From IMG/VR virus record IMGVR_UViG_3300046028_008994: DNA of 64,000 nucleotides; one strand, written 5' to 3'. The DNA is from a virus. Under the pieces are notes generated by a model, which worked only from the letters and a program-made list of their open reading frames with translations, was not told the origin of the DNA and did not search any database. Shown in pieces: positions 54,314 to 64,000 of this stretch. Position numbers and translations under genes: made by a program. Each line of letters opens with the position of its first letter. Position 1 is the stretch's first letter.

Positions 54314-57055
54314 ATGCCTACTCCTGAAGAAATAAAAAAACAAAAAGAATTAAATGATCTTTTAGTTAAAGAAAACGAAATTCTTAGAGATAGATTAAAG
54401 CTTCAATCTGAAAGTTATGATTTATCTTCAACACTAGTAGAAGACTTAAAAGATATTTTAGGTATTGAATCTAGAAGAAGTGTTTTTGAATCTGGCATAT
54501 TAGATATTAATAAAAAAATAAATAGAGCTATACGTGATCAAAGATTAGAATTTGAAGAAATAGAAGATATTCAAAAACAAATTTCTAGAAATATTATCAC
54601 AATTAATAAAGCTAAATTATTTGAAACCAGTTTAGAAAGTCAATTAAATGCTCTTGGTAAACAAAAAGCAGAAAAAGATGCTAACAGAATAAACAATATT
54701 GAAAATTTTAATAAAGCTGTTGTTAAACAATATAAAGAATTAAGTAATATATTATCTTTATCTAAAGATGAAAGAGATCTTCGTAAAGATGAAATAAAAG
54801 AACTTAGAAATAAAATATATACCAATGAAAAACTAATAGAAAGTAATTTTAAAAATATGAGTCTTTCTTCTAAACAGTTTTATATTACTAAAAAACAACG
54901 AGAAGAATTAGAAAAAATAAATGTTGAATTAAAAAAAGAAGAAGAAAAAAGAAAAGAAATACAAAAACAATTAGGTATTTTTGGAGGTGCGTTAAAAGGA
55001 TTAGAAAGAATCCCAGTATTAAAAAATTTAGGTATTGATTTTAAAGAAATTCGTGAAGAAGCTGAAAATACTACTAAAGCAACAAAAAGTGGCGTTCAAG
55101 GATTAGGAGCAGGATTAAAATCATTAGGTAATCAACTTAAATCATCACTTACAAATCCAGCAAACATAACTTTATTTGTTATACAACAAATAATTGATGC
55201 TCTTATAAAATCAGATAAGGCAACAGGAGAATTAGCAAAAGCATTTGGTACTTCATATAATGAAGCAAATAATTTAAGAAATGAACTTAATAATATAGCT
55301 AATTCAAGTGGAGATATTAATATTACAACTTTAGCATTACAAAAATCATTAATAGCTGTTAATAAAGAATTTGGAACAGCAACAATGCTTAGTGGAGAAT
55401 TATTAAAAGATTTTACTCAATTAACAGAAGTAGCTGGTTACACAAATGAAACTGCAGCTCGTCTTTCTAAAATATCAGTAGCAACAGGAACAGATTTATC
55501 AGATAATACAGCTAAAATATTAGGTCAAGCTAAAGCATTTAATATAACTAATAAATTAGCTTTAAATGAAAAAGAAATTGTTGAAGATGTAGCTAAAGCA
55601 TCTAAAGCAACAACTTTATCTTTAGGAATGCATTCAGGTAAATTAGCTCAAGCCGTGGCTCAAGCAAAAGCATTAGGAGCAAATTTAGAAAAAGTAGAAG
55701 CAATATCTCAATCTTTACTTAATTTTGAATCATCTATATCCTCAGAATTAGAAGCTGAGTTAATAACAGGTAAAGATTTAAATCTAGAGCGTGCTCGTAT
55801 GTATGCTTTAAATAATGATATAGCTGGAGTAGCAAGAGAAATAGCAGGACAAATAGGTACAGCTGCTGATTTTACTAATACAAATGTTATAGCACAAGAA
55901 GCATTAGCTAAATCTGTTGGTATGACTAGAGAAGATTTAGCAGCTTCATTAATTGAAAGAGAAGCTTTAGCTAAAATTGGATTAAAAGATGCTGCAGCCG
56001 CTAAAGAAAAATTTGATGATTTAGTTAAACAATATGGTTATGAAAAAGCTATTCAAAAATTAGGTGATGAAAAATATGGTCAACAGTTAGCTTCTCAATC
56101 TATTCAAGAACGTTTTAATGCTTCGATTGAAAAATTAAAAGAAATATTTGTTAGTTTAGCAGGCCCTATATTAAAAGTGATATCTCCTATAGTAGATATA
56201 TTAGCCCCAATATTATCAGTTATTGGTGGTATAGTAGGAAATATTGCAGGTGCTTTTGGAAAAATATTAGGCCCCCTTGCTGCTGGTTATGCTATATTAA
56301 AAAGTACACAACTTGTCTTAACATCAATTTCAGCAATACAAGCATTTATAACCAAATCCCAAACAACTCAACTAGGATTAGGAGGTAGTATTTTAGCTAA
56401 CTTAGGTTTTCAAAGAGCAGTATTAGCATATAATTTAATTATGAAAAGAGAAGATAATAAATTATCAGCAATTTCAGCCTTTTTATCTCAAACAATATTA
56501 GGTAGTATAATAGCTCAAGGAGCTGCTATATTAAAAAATATAGGAAGAGCTACTTTAGAATTAATTATAAAAAATCAAATAGCATTAGCTACTTTAACTT
56601 CAAGTGCTGCTTTAACTTTTGGGGTAGGGGCAGCAGTAGCAGTAGCAGCAGCATTAGCTGGATATGCTGTTATGAAAGCTGTAGCAGCAGATGATTTAAT
56701 ATCATCACCTGAAGGATATGGTAAACGCACATTATTAGCACCAGAAGGTGCAATAGCGTTAAACGATAAAGATACAATAATAGCTGGTACTGATTTAGGA
56801 GGCAATAAATCATCTTCTCCATTATCACAACCAATTAATAATAATAAAATAAACAAACCAATAAATCCACCACCACTAACTATTGATTATAATAAAATGG
56901 CAGCAGCCGTAGCAATATCAATAGCTAAAGAAATAAATAACAGACCAGTTCAAGTTTCAGTAGAAATGGATGGTGAAAAAGTAGCTAAAGGTGTAGGTAA
57001 TAACTCAACTAAATTTAGTAATTCTATGAGCACAAATACTTTTCAAGTTCAATAA
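54314..57055 (+). CDS. tape measure protein
   Basis: Long helical Ala/Leu/Lys-rich protein with hydrophobic C-terminal region; follows the chaperones. Confidence 0.85.
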   Translation: MPTPEEIKKQKELNDLLVKENEILRDRLKLQSESYDLSSTLVEDLKDILGIESRRSVFESGILDINKKINRAIRDQRLEFEEIEDIQKQISRNIITINKAKLFETSLESQLNALGKQKAEKDANRINNIENFNKAVVKQYKELSNILSLSKDERDLRKDEIKELRNKIYTNEKLIESNFKNMSLSSKQFYITKKQREELEKINVELKKEEEKRKEIQKQLGIFGGALKGLERIPVLKNLGIDFKEIREEAENTTKATKSGVQGLGAGLKSLGNQLKSSLTNPANITLFVIQQIIDALIKSDKATGELAKAFGTSYNEANNLRNELNNIANSSGDINITTLALQKSLIAVNKEFGTATMLSGELLKDFTQLTEVAGYTNETAARLSKISVATGTDLSDNTAKILGQAKAFNITNKLALNEKEIVEDVAKASKATTLSLGMHSGKLAQAVAQAKALGANLEKVEAISQSLLNFESSISSELEAELITGKDLNLERARMYALNNDIAGVAREIAGQIGTAADFTNTNVIAQEALAKSVGMTREDLAASLIEREALAKIGLKDAAAAKEKFDDLVKQYGYEKAIQKLGDEKYGQQLASQSIQERFNASIEKLKEIFVSLAGPILKVISPIVDILAPILSVIGGIVGNIAGAFGKILGPLAAGYAILKSTQLVLTSISAIQAFITKSQTTQLGLGGSILANLGFQRAVLAYNLIMKREDNKLSAISAFLSQTILGSIIAQGAAILKNIGRATLELIIKNQIALATLTSSAALTFGVGAAVAVAAALAGYAVMKAVAADDLISSPEGYGKRTLLAPEGAIALNDKDTIIAGTDLGGNKSSSPLSQPINNNKINKPINPPPLTIDYNKMAAAVAISIAKEINNRPVQVSVEMDGEKVAKGVGNNSTKFSNSMSTNTFQVQ

Positions 57056-57060
57056 TTTAT

Positions 57061-57070
57061 AATATTTATA
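57061..57070 (+). promoter_or_regulatory. late-gene motif AATATTTATA
   Basis: Before the baseplate operon. Confidence 0.7.
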
Positions 57071-57086
57071 ATCAAAAACAAATATC

Positions 57087-57374
57087 ATGGGACTATTAGA
57101 TAAATTAAAAACTCAAGGAACACCATTCAGTGTAGACAATGGAGCAACACCACCTATTAATCCAGGTGCAACAAAACAATCAAAATTACATGCTAATGGA
57201 GGACAACCTTCATATTCATTAAATGGGAGTAATTTTATAGATGTAAATGCAGCATATAATGAATATAGAGATGGTGTACCAAATATACTACCACAACCAT
57301 CACAGTTAGATCTAAATGGAACAATACCAAAAGTAGCTGGTAAATTACCTTATTTAGATAACTTACCTAAATAA
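57087..57374 (+). CDS. small virion protein
   Basis: MGLLDKL...PSQLDLNG...YLDNLPK; heads the baseplate operon. Confidence 0.55.
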   Translation: MGLLDKLKTQGTPFSVDNGATPPINPGATKQSKLHANGGQPSYSLNGSNFIDVNAAYNEYRDGVPNILPQPSQLDLNGTIPKVAGKLPYLDNLPK

Positions 57375-57378
57375 TTAA

Positions 57379-60111
57379 ATGGGGTTAATAAACCTACTTA
57401 CAGATCCAAAAAACTTTAAGTTTTATAATGGCGGACAAGGTTATACCGGCAACGGAAATCAGCCTGGTTTGACTAATATCCCTTATGGTAAAGATAGAAT
57501 TGATGGAGGAAGTAGTGGCCAACCCTATATTCAAATTCCAATTCCTGATGACATAAGTAATTTAGGAGCTGTTAATAAAGATTTTATTTTAAGAGGAGGA
57601 ACTTTAGCAGTTTCAAATTCTGCTACTGATGCTTTAAGATTAACAAAAATGTTTGGTGATCTAAAATCACCTAGTGGTTTACTATTTGCTTCTAAACAAC
57701 AGATATTATCACGCACAGCTGTTCGTACTCAAGCAAGTGGTAAAGGATTAAATGAAGGTATTTATAATCCATTAACTACTATAGCACAAGCTGGTGTAGT
57801 AGCATTTGGAATTCATTTAAATAAACAATCATTAATAATACCATATTCAGAAACAGTAACTAATAATCAACAGCCTGAAGATAATAGGTTATATAGTTTA
57901 TACGATGAAAAAATAATAAATAAAAGAGGCTCTCTTCCAGGAATTAAAGGATTCGCAACTGACCCAATTAGTTTAAATCCATTATTACTTTCATACTCAG
58001 GAGGACCAGGATCTACTTTAGGAGTAGGAAAAACTAATATAAGATTTGCAGATCAAAGAACAGGTGTAAATAATTCATTAGCCAAAACTAATCCAATATA
58101 TTTTTACAAGGGATCTTCAAGATCTATTGATACATTAAATAATAATCAAATATCACAAGGTGGTATACTTATTGATCCTAGCCAATCATGGACAACTACA
58201 GGTAAATATAAAATTTATGATGTTTCAAAATCAAAATATATAAATTATACATCATCTGTTTTACCTTTATTTGATGTAAACACACCACAAGAAGCAGGAA
58301 CAATTCTTCAAAATAATACTGATATACCTCAATACACTAAAGGTTCTGATTTTATATGGGGTAAAAAGAAAAAATTTTCTAGTAATTATTTAAATTATGT
58401 TACAATTCAAAATTCACGTAATATTGAAAATAATAAATCTTTAGAGATTGAACGTGAACAATCCCCTTATATAAAAAATAATAAATTAGTTGACGAAATA
58501 GTTCCTGAAAATCAAAGAATAATAGGAGTTGGTGGAAGTTTTATACAAAAAAACATAAAAACAGAACCTAATACTTTAAATATAGACGCTATACAAGAAA
58601 GTGGTTTAATATTTAATGTTAGTCAATCATGGACTTATGATTCTTATCAAATAAAATCAGGTAGTTTTGGAAAACAAGATTTACCTAAATTTAATGTAAA
58701 AGTTTCTCAAAATCAAGGAACTATTTTACAAATAACTGGTGAAAAATCATGGAATCCACAATATGATATTGCAACTAAAAATACTTCTAGTTTAACAAAT
58801 AGAGTTAGTAACACATATCAAACACTAGCTTCTGGGTCTAAAATTAACAACAGTGGAAGTTATAATAATGTATATAATTCTGGTTCTTTAAAAAATAATC
58901 AATTAATTAGGAATAATAATACTTATACTTATTCTCAAACAGATTTAATAGATGAAAAAAATAATCCTGGTAAATTATCTTTTTCACCTGCAATTCGAGA
59001 TTTTAGAGCAGTTCTAAGAGATAAATTAGAAAAAGTGTCAGCAGGTTCTAAACAAAAAGCTATAGATGCTGGTCAATTAACAGAAGCTCCAAATTATATA
59101 GATAAAAGTATAGAAAAAAGAGTTAAAATAGGTGGTTTAAATGGTGATGGCCCTGGAGCACGAGCAGGTAAAAGCTATGCTAATTATACTAATGGTGTAG
59201 TATACTCAGGAGGAAGAACAGGCCCACTAGATGATATAAATGCACTACTTAGCTATAAAGATACAGAAGCAGACGATACAATATCAGATTTATGTAATTT
59301 TAGAATAGCAATTATAGACAATAATACTCCTACTTTAAAAACATTTTTACATTTTAGAGCATTTTTAAATTCAATATCAGATGCATATACTGCAGAATGG
59401 AATCCAACAAAATATCTAGGAAGAGGTGAAAGTTTTTATAATTATAATGGGTTTACTCGACAAATGTCATTATCTTGGACAGTAGCAGCTCAATCTAAAC
59501 AAGAGTTAATTCCAATGTATAAAAGATTAAATTATTTAGCATCATCTTTAACTCCTGAGTATAGTCCTAATGGTTATATGAGAGGTAATATGGTTCAATT
59601 TACTATTGGAGGTTATATATATGAACAACCAGGTATAATTACTAGTTTAACGTATGATATTAGTGAAGATACAACATGGGAAATAGGAATAGATGTTGAT
59701 GGAGAAAGAGACACAAAAATTAAACAATTACCCCATATTCTTAAAGTAACATGTAATTTTACACCTATACAAAAATTCAGACCTGAAGTACAATATTTTG
59801 ATAATGATTATAAACATTATATATCATTAGAAGATCCTACAGGAAATGAATATGGTAGTACTGCTCCTGATGTTACACCGACAGATGTAACACCTGAAGC
59901 AAACGAAACGAATACAGATGAAAAAAGATTAATAAATCCTAAAATTGAAAATCCAAAATATATTCCTCCTCCACCTCAAACATCAGTACCCCCACGTTAT
60001 AGTATTCCTGATGACAAATATTCAAATCCTGAATTATTTATCCCACAAAAACCAAGGAACGGATTTGGCGGCGGAGGCTTCGGCGGAGGCGGTGCAGGAG
60101 GAAGTTGGTAA
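57379..60111 (+). CDS. baseplate protein with C-terminal tube-initiator-like domain
   Basis: FRAFL..ISD.Y.AEW...YLGRGE.FY.Y.GF.R tube-fold motif; synteny. Confidence 0.65.
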   Translation: MGLINLLTDPKNFKFYNGGQGYTGNGNQPGLTNIPYGKDRIDGGSSGQPYIQIPIPDDISNLGAVNKDFILRGGTLAVSNSATDALRLTKMFGDLKSPSGLLFASKQQILSRTAVRTQASGKGLNEGIYNPLTTIAQAGVVAFGIHLNKQSLIIPYSETVTNNQQPEDNRLYSLYDEKIINKRGSLPGIKGFATDPISLNPLLLSYSGGPGSTLGVGKTNIRFADQRTGVNNSLAKTNPIYFYKGSSRSIDTLNNNQISQGGILIDPSQSWTTTGKYKIYDVSKSKYINYTSSVLPLFDVNTPQEAGTILQNNTDIPQYTKGSDFIWGKKKKFSSNYLNYVTIQNSRNIENNKSLEIEREQSPYIKNNKLVDEIVPENQRIIGVGGSFIQKNIKTEPNTLNIDAIQESGLIFNVSQSWTYDSYQIKSGSFGKQDLPKFNVKVSQNQGTILQITGEKSWNPQYDIATKNTSSLTNRVSNTYQTLASGSKINNSGSYNNVYNSGSLKNNQLIRNNNTYTYSQTDLIDEKNNPGKLSFSPAIRDFRAVLRDKLEKVSAGSKQKAIDAGQLTEAPNYIDKSIEKRVKIGGLNGDGPGARAGKSYANYTNGVVYSGGRTGPLDDINALLSYKDTEADDTISDLCNFRIAIIDNNTPTLKTFLHFRAFLNSISDAYTAEWNPTKYLGRGESFYNYNGFTRQMSLSWTVAAQSKQELIPMYKRLNYLASSLTPEYSPNGYMRGNMVQFTIGGYIYEQPGIITSLTYDISEDTTWEIGIDVDGERDTKIKQLPHILKVTCNFTPIQKFRPEVQYFDNDYKHYISLEDPTGNEYGSTAPDVTPTDVTPEANETNTDEKRLINPKIENPKYIPPPPQTSVPPRYSIPDDKYSNPELFIPQKPRNGFGGGGFGGGGAGGSW

Positions 60112-60121
60112 TTAAAATATA

Positions 60122-60445
60122 ATGAATAGATATCAAAACATACCAAAAACAAAAATAGATGGAAATGTAGTTTATGTAACTTCACGTTATCCTGAGGTTC
60201 CTTTATCCTCTAATGATATTTATGTATATACAACACAAGGAGATAGATTTGATACTTTAGCTCAACAGTTTTACAATGATAGTTCTTTATGGTGGGTAAT
60301 TTCTATAGCAAATACAGCAGTAGCAGGAACCGATTTACCATCAGATTTACCACAAAACTCATTAGTAGCGCCAGAAGGAATACAAATTAGAATTCCTGCA
60401 AACTATCAAAATGTGATAAATGATTTTAATTCAATAAATGGTTAA
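60122..60445 (+). CDS. LysM-like baseplate wedge protein (gp53/gpX-like)
   Basis: TTQGDRFDTLAQQFYNDSSLWWVISIAN...GIQIRIP. Confidence 0.85.
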   Translation: MNRYQNIPKTKIDGNVVYVTSRYPEVPLSSNDIYVYTTQGDRFDTLAQQFYNDSSLWWVISIANTAVAGTDLPSDLPQNSLVAPEGIQIRIPANYQNVINDFNSING

Positions 60446-60448
60446 TGT

Positions 60449-63400
60449 ATGAATATAGTAGGTGAAGGTATTAATGAAAAAATAGCAAATCAAATTGCAC
60501 AGCGTCAAAAAGTATATGGTTCTATAAATAGAAACAATACAGAATTAACATATTTAAATACTAGAAGTGGATGGTGTAAATTAATGTCTAGTGTAAGTAT
60601 TGACCAAACAACACCTATTAGAAATTTAAATATTCCTGCTGGAACCCAACTTGCAAAAAATAATGTATTATTTAATGGTATTGTATCTTATAATCCTGAT
60701 AATAACTCATTTAAAAATAATCAAGGAATAGCATTTGATGGCAGTATTTTTAATACAGGAGCTTATGGTTTAGGAGGTACAGAATTCGGTTTAAGACCAA
60801 TGCCTGGTATACTTTCAGCTGAAATTAGAACGGAAACAAGAGGCTCAATAAAAACAGCAACAGTAAAAATCCAAGCAAATAATAGACAACAATTTGATAT
60901 AATTGATTTATTATATATGCGTTTAGGATATAGTGTTTTATTAGAGTGGGGGCAAAGCTCTTATTTTGACGATAAAGGTAATTATATAAAAGATAATCCA
61001 TATTCTTTAATGGGTTATTGGTTTAAAGGAAATTGTCCTGATCCTAATGATAGTAGTAAACAAATTCCATTAACATATAATTCAATATTACCATTAATAG
61101 ATAGATATAGATTAGCATCGTTTGGAAATTATGATGCTATATTTGCTAAAGTAGTTAATTTTACTTGGACTGTTACTAATGATGGAAAATATGATATCAC
61201 AATAAAATTAATAAGTTTAGGAGATGTTATTGAATCTTTAAAAGCAAATACTTTACTAGGTGGAACTCAAACTCAAACTACAGAAATTCAAGAAAAGAGA
61301 AACTCTAATTTACTAGAACGAGGAATATCAGCTATTGGTGAATTTTTTAACCCAACAAGTCCAATAGAATCATTTGAACAAGCCCATGAAATTGGAAAAG
61401 AATTTAAATTAATATATGATCTTTTAAATGAAAACTCCCCAGATGTATATGGTTTAACACCATACAAAGTAAGTTATACTGATCCAGATAAAAATGAATT
61501 ATATTCACATATAGAATATTTTTCACAAACATTTGAAGGTGGATCGCAAGGATATTACATAAGATTTGGTGCTTTTTTATCCTTTTTAAAAGCAAAAGTA
61601 ATTCCTAATATAAATAATGATCCAAATATTAAGTTAATAGACGTAGATTTTAATAGAATAGGTAATATTATTTACACCCAACCATATACAATTAGTGCAG
61701 ATCCTAAAGTATGTTATGTAAAAAAATCAATTTATGTTACATCTAAAGGTCAAAAATATGATTTTATACCGGGTGCTGATGATTTTATAATAGATTTTAA
61801 TGGTGATACTAATATTAAAGGTAAATATGGAAATATAATGAATATTTATTTTAATATGGAATGGATTCTTAATAAAATAGATGAAATTAAAGATAATAAA
61901 GGTAAAATATCTTTGTATGGTTTATTGGATGCTTTATGTAAAGGATACAATGAATCAACAGGAAATTTCAACAAATTAGAACCAATAATTGACACAGAAA
62001 CAAATACTATTAGAATTGTAGATGATGTAGCACTTCCAGATAAAGATGCTATATTAAAATCAAAATACATTACAGATGTTTATAAGGATATATCAACAGA
62101 AGAAGTAATATTTGATACATATGGGTATTATGCTGGAACATTAGAAAGTATTTATGGTAATAAAGTACCACATGCTGGTTTTATTAAAGATTTAAGTTTT
62201 ACTACAACTGTATCACCAGAATTAGCTACAATGATTACTATTGGATCAACAAAACAGGGATATATAAAAGGAGCAGATGCTACTTCTTTATCTAGAATGA
62301 ATAATGGTTTAACAGATAGATTTAAAGAAAAAATAACAAATGCTGATGAAACAGAAGAAACAATAGAAACGCCAAAACCATTAGAGGTTCAATATAAAGC
62401 AGCTCTTACTTCTTTTGATAATTTTATTATAGATTTAGGAACTAATGTTAATAAAAAACTCCCAAACTATGTTTTAGATTCAATACAAGATTATAAAAAT
62501 CTTCAAACGCAACTATTAGAATATTATCAATACGCTGAAATAGAAAAAAATGTAAAATTCGATCCAACTATATCATCAGCAAATAGTGGATTTTTACCAT
62601 TTGATTTATCTTTAAAAATGGATGGACTATCAGGAATGAAAGTATACCAAAAATTTACTATTGATACTAATTTCTTACCAACAAATTATCCTGGTACTTT
62701 AGAATTTTTAATTAAAGGTATAAATCATGTTATTGATAACAATGAATGGACTACTAGTATTGAATCAATGGCTATTCCTAAAAATCCATTTGCTATTACT
62801 GGATCTAGTGAAGCAGAAAGAAGTGCAAATAGAGGAGAACCACAAGAATATAGTACAACATCTCCAACATTTTATTACCAATCTAATTTACCACCGGAAC
62901 AAGCTAAAAATAGAGCTACATTAACACGTATTTTAGATGATGGCACACAAACTTTAGGAATTTTAGAAATATATGATGTGAATCATGTTAATATTATATA
63001 TAGATTGGCTACAGTAGAATTACCTTGGAAAAATAATCAAAACGGAAGTAGTTGTATTCCAACAGGTAATTATTTAGTAAACAGTAGACAAACATCTAAA
63101 TATGGTAAACATTTTTGGTTAGTAGGAAGTGAATCAGGACAATGGAAACGAATTCCAGGATCAAATCCAACAGATAGAACTTGGGTATTAATACATACTG
63201 CTCCTAAAGCACCAGGGTGGTTAGCAGGATGTATAGGTCCTGGCCCTCAATTTAATTTTAAAAATAAAAATGCTCAAGGTAATCCTGATGGAATAGGTAC
63301 AAATTATTTAAACCCTGCAAAAAATGAATCTACTGAGGCTTTAAATAAATTAGTAAGCACACTATATGAGGATAAAGGATTCAAAATAGAAATCAGAAAT

Positions 63401-63505
63401 GGATTTAATGTAAGTTCAACAGCTTTACCTAAAAGTATTAATGATGCTAAAATAAAAGCCTTAGCTACTGATGTAAGATACCAAGATTTATTTAAAGGAA
63501 TGTAA
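60449..63505 (+). CDS. baseplate hub protein with C-terminal DUF5675-like (L,D-transpeptidase-like) domain
   Basis: PMPGI, LYMRLGYSVLLEWG hub motifs; TVELPW..N....SCIPTGNY...VLIH...LAGCIG. Confidence 0.7.
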   Translation: MNIVGEGINEKIANQIAQRQKVYGSINRNNTELTYLNTRSGWCKLMSSVSIDQTTPIRNLNIPAGTQLAKNNVLFNGIVSYNPDNNSFKNNQGIAFDGSIFNTGAYGLGGTEFGLRPMPGILSAEIRTETRGSIKTATVKIQANNRQQFDIIDLLYMRLGYSVLLEWGQSSYFDDKGNYIKDNPYSLMGYWFKGNCPDPNDSSKQIPLTYNSILPLIDRYRLASFGNYDAIFAKVVNFTWTVTNDGKYDITIKLISLGDVIESLKANTLLGGTQTQTTEIQEKRNSNLLERGISAIGEFFNPTSPIESFEQAHEIGKEFKLIYDLLNENSPDVYGLTPYKVSYTDPDKNELYSHIEYFSQTFEGGSQGYYIRFGAFLSFLKAKVIPNINNDPNIKLIDVDFNRIGNIIYTQPYTISADPKVCYVKKSIYVTSKGQKYDFIPGADDFIIDFNGDTNIKGKYGNIMNIYFNMEWILNKIDEIKDNKGKISLYGLLDALCKGYNESTGNFNKLEPIIDTETNTIRIVDDVALPDKDAILKSKYITDVYKDISTEEVIFDTYGYYAGTLESIYGNKVPHAGFIKDLSFTTTVSPELATMITIGSTKQGYIKGADATSLSRMNNGLTDRFKEKITNADETEETIETPKPLEVQYKAALTSFDNFIIDLGTNVNKKLPNYVLDSIQDYKNLQTQLLEYYQYAEIEKNVKFDPTISSANSGFLPFDLSLKMDGLSGMKVYQKFTIDTNFLPTNYPGTLEFLIKGINHVIDNNEWTTSIESMAIPKNPFAITGSSEAERSANRGEPQEYSTTSPTFYYQSNLPPEQAKNRATLTRILDDGTQTLGILEIYDVNHVNIIYRLATVELPWKNNQNGSSCIPTGNYLVNSRQTSKYGKHFWLVGSESGQWKRIPGSNPTDRTWVLIHTAPKAPGWLAGCIGPGPQFNFKNKNAQGNPDGIGTNYLNPAKNESTEALNKLVSTLYEDKGFKIEIRNGFNVSSTALPKSINDAKIKALATDVRYQDLFKGM

Positions 63506-63507
63506 TT

Positions 63508-64000
63508 ATGTATTATCCATTATCACAAATCACCCCTAATTTATATACAAATGGAAATGAATTTTTCATTAATGGAGAAAGTTATACTGGATATTATTTT
63601 AAAACAAGTAAAGGAAAATACTTTACAGGTAAAACCCCTAATGATCTTCCTAATTTAGAACTTTTTCCAATTACCCAAGATTTTTGGGAAGCTACAGCTG
63701 AAACAGAATTAACAGGAAAATCATTTATTCAATTAGCTGACAACTATGATGGATTAGTTTACAATAATGAAAACCAAGACCCTAAAAGTAATTCTATTTA
63801 TAATAATCTAAAACCACAACAACAAATAACTTACACTCCTTATTATAATCCACAACAACCAACACAACAAGATTATCAAAACGGAGAGTTTAGAAGATTT
63901 TTTTGTAAAAAAACAAACGAAATATTATATATTGAAATAAATAAAGATCAATACGATAAATTAATAGCAAAAGATCCTCAAATATTGTGGCAATTATATT
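63508..64000 (+). CDS. baseplate-region hypothetical protein, truncated by the window end
   Basis: MYYPLSQITPNLYTNGNEF... open to position 64000. Confidence 0.7.
   Translation, partial: MYYPLSQITPNLYTNGNEFFINGESYTGYYFKTSKGKYFTGKTPNDLPNLELFPITQDFWEATAETELTGKSFIQLADNYDGLVYNNENQDPKSNSIYNNLKPQQQITYTPYYNPQQPTQQDYQNGEFRRFFCKKTNEILYIEINKDQYDKLIAKDPQILWQLY

Noticed and set aside
1-64000. Minus-strand ORFs in the ORF track (for example 5700-6023, 8923-9543, 16419-16856, 29765-30082, 44754-45560)
   Set aside because: They are antisense shadows of well-supported + strand genes, with low-complexity or mirror-repeat translations and no independent expression signals.
1-64000. Stop-codon reassignment (alternative genetic code)
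   Set aside because: Core genes are full length under the standard code, coding density is high, and TAA, TGA and TAG all end genes.

Overview
This is a 64 kb, very AT-rich, densely coding segment of a large T4-like (contractile-tailed) bacteriophage genome. All credible genes are on the + strand and use the standard code. A Bacteroidota host is likely: start codons lack Shine-Dalgarno sites and have A-rich leaders, there are four (C/T)TTG-N19-20-TA(T/C)ATT promoters, and the window encodes an Hc1-like protein. Gene order: GIY-YIG-like protein, primase and PD-(D/E)XK exonuclease; a ~19 kb block of modular proteins sharing an N-terminal amphipathic tag ending in [ILV]-x-E (candidate capsid-targeted, protease-processed internal cargo); FAD oxidoreductase, HNH endonuclease, kinase and spanin-like protein; terminase, portal, prohead protease, scaffold and major capsid protein; a pentein + PSD-like decarboxylase + (GIY-YIG) + PhoH operon; neck, Ser-rich fibres, beta-propeller, sheath, tube, tail chaperones, tape measure and baseplate. 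Main leads: (1) the tagged cargo/polyprotein array; (2) a pervasive [S/T]-[G/A/S]-S motif concentrated in outer virion proteins (possible glycosylation sequon); (3) a pentein/pyruvoyl-decarboxylase pair that may make polyamines; (4) a late-gene motif (N)ATATTTATA whose core is the reverse complement of the T4 late promoter; (5) a promoter-to-terminator ORF-less small RNA candidate; (6) a +1/-2 tail chaperone frameshift; (7) gene-end replacement scars beside both homing endonucleases. All calls come from reading motifs by eye; no searches were run.
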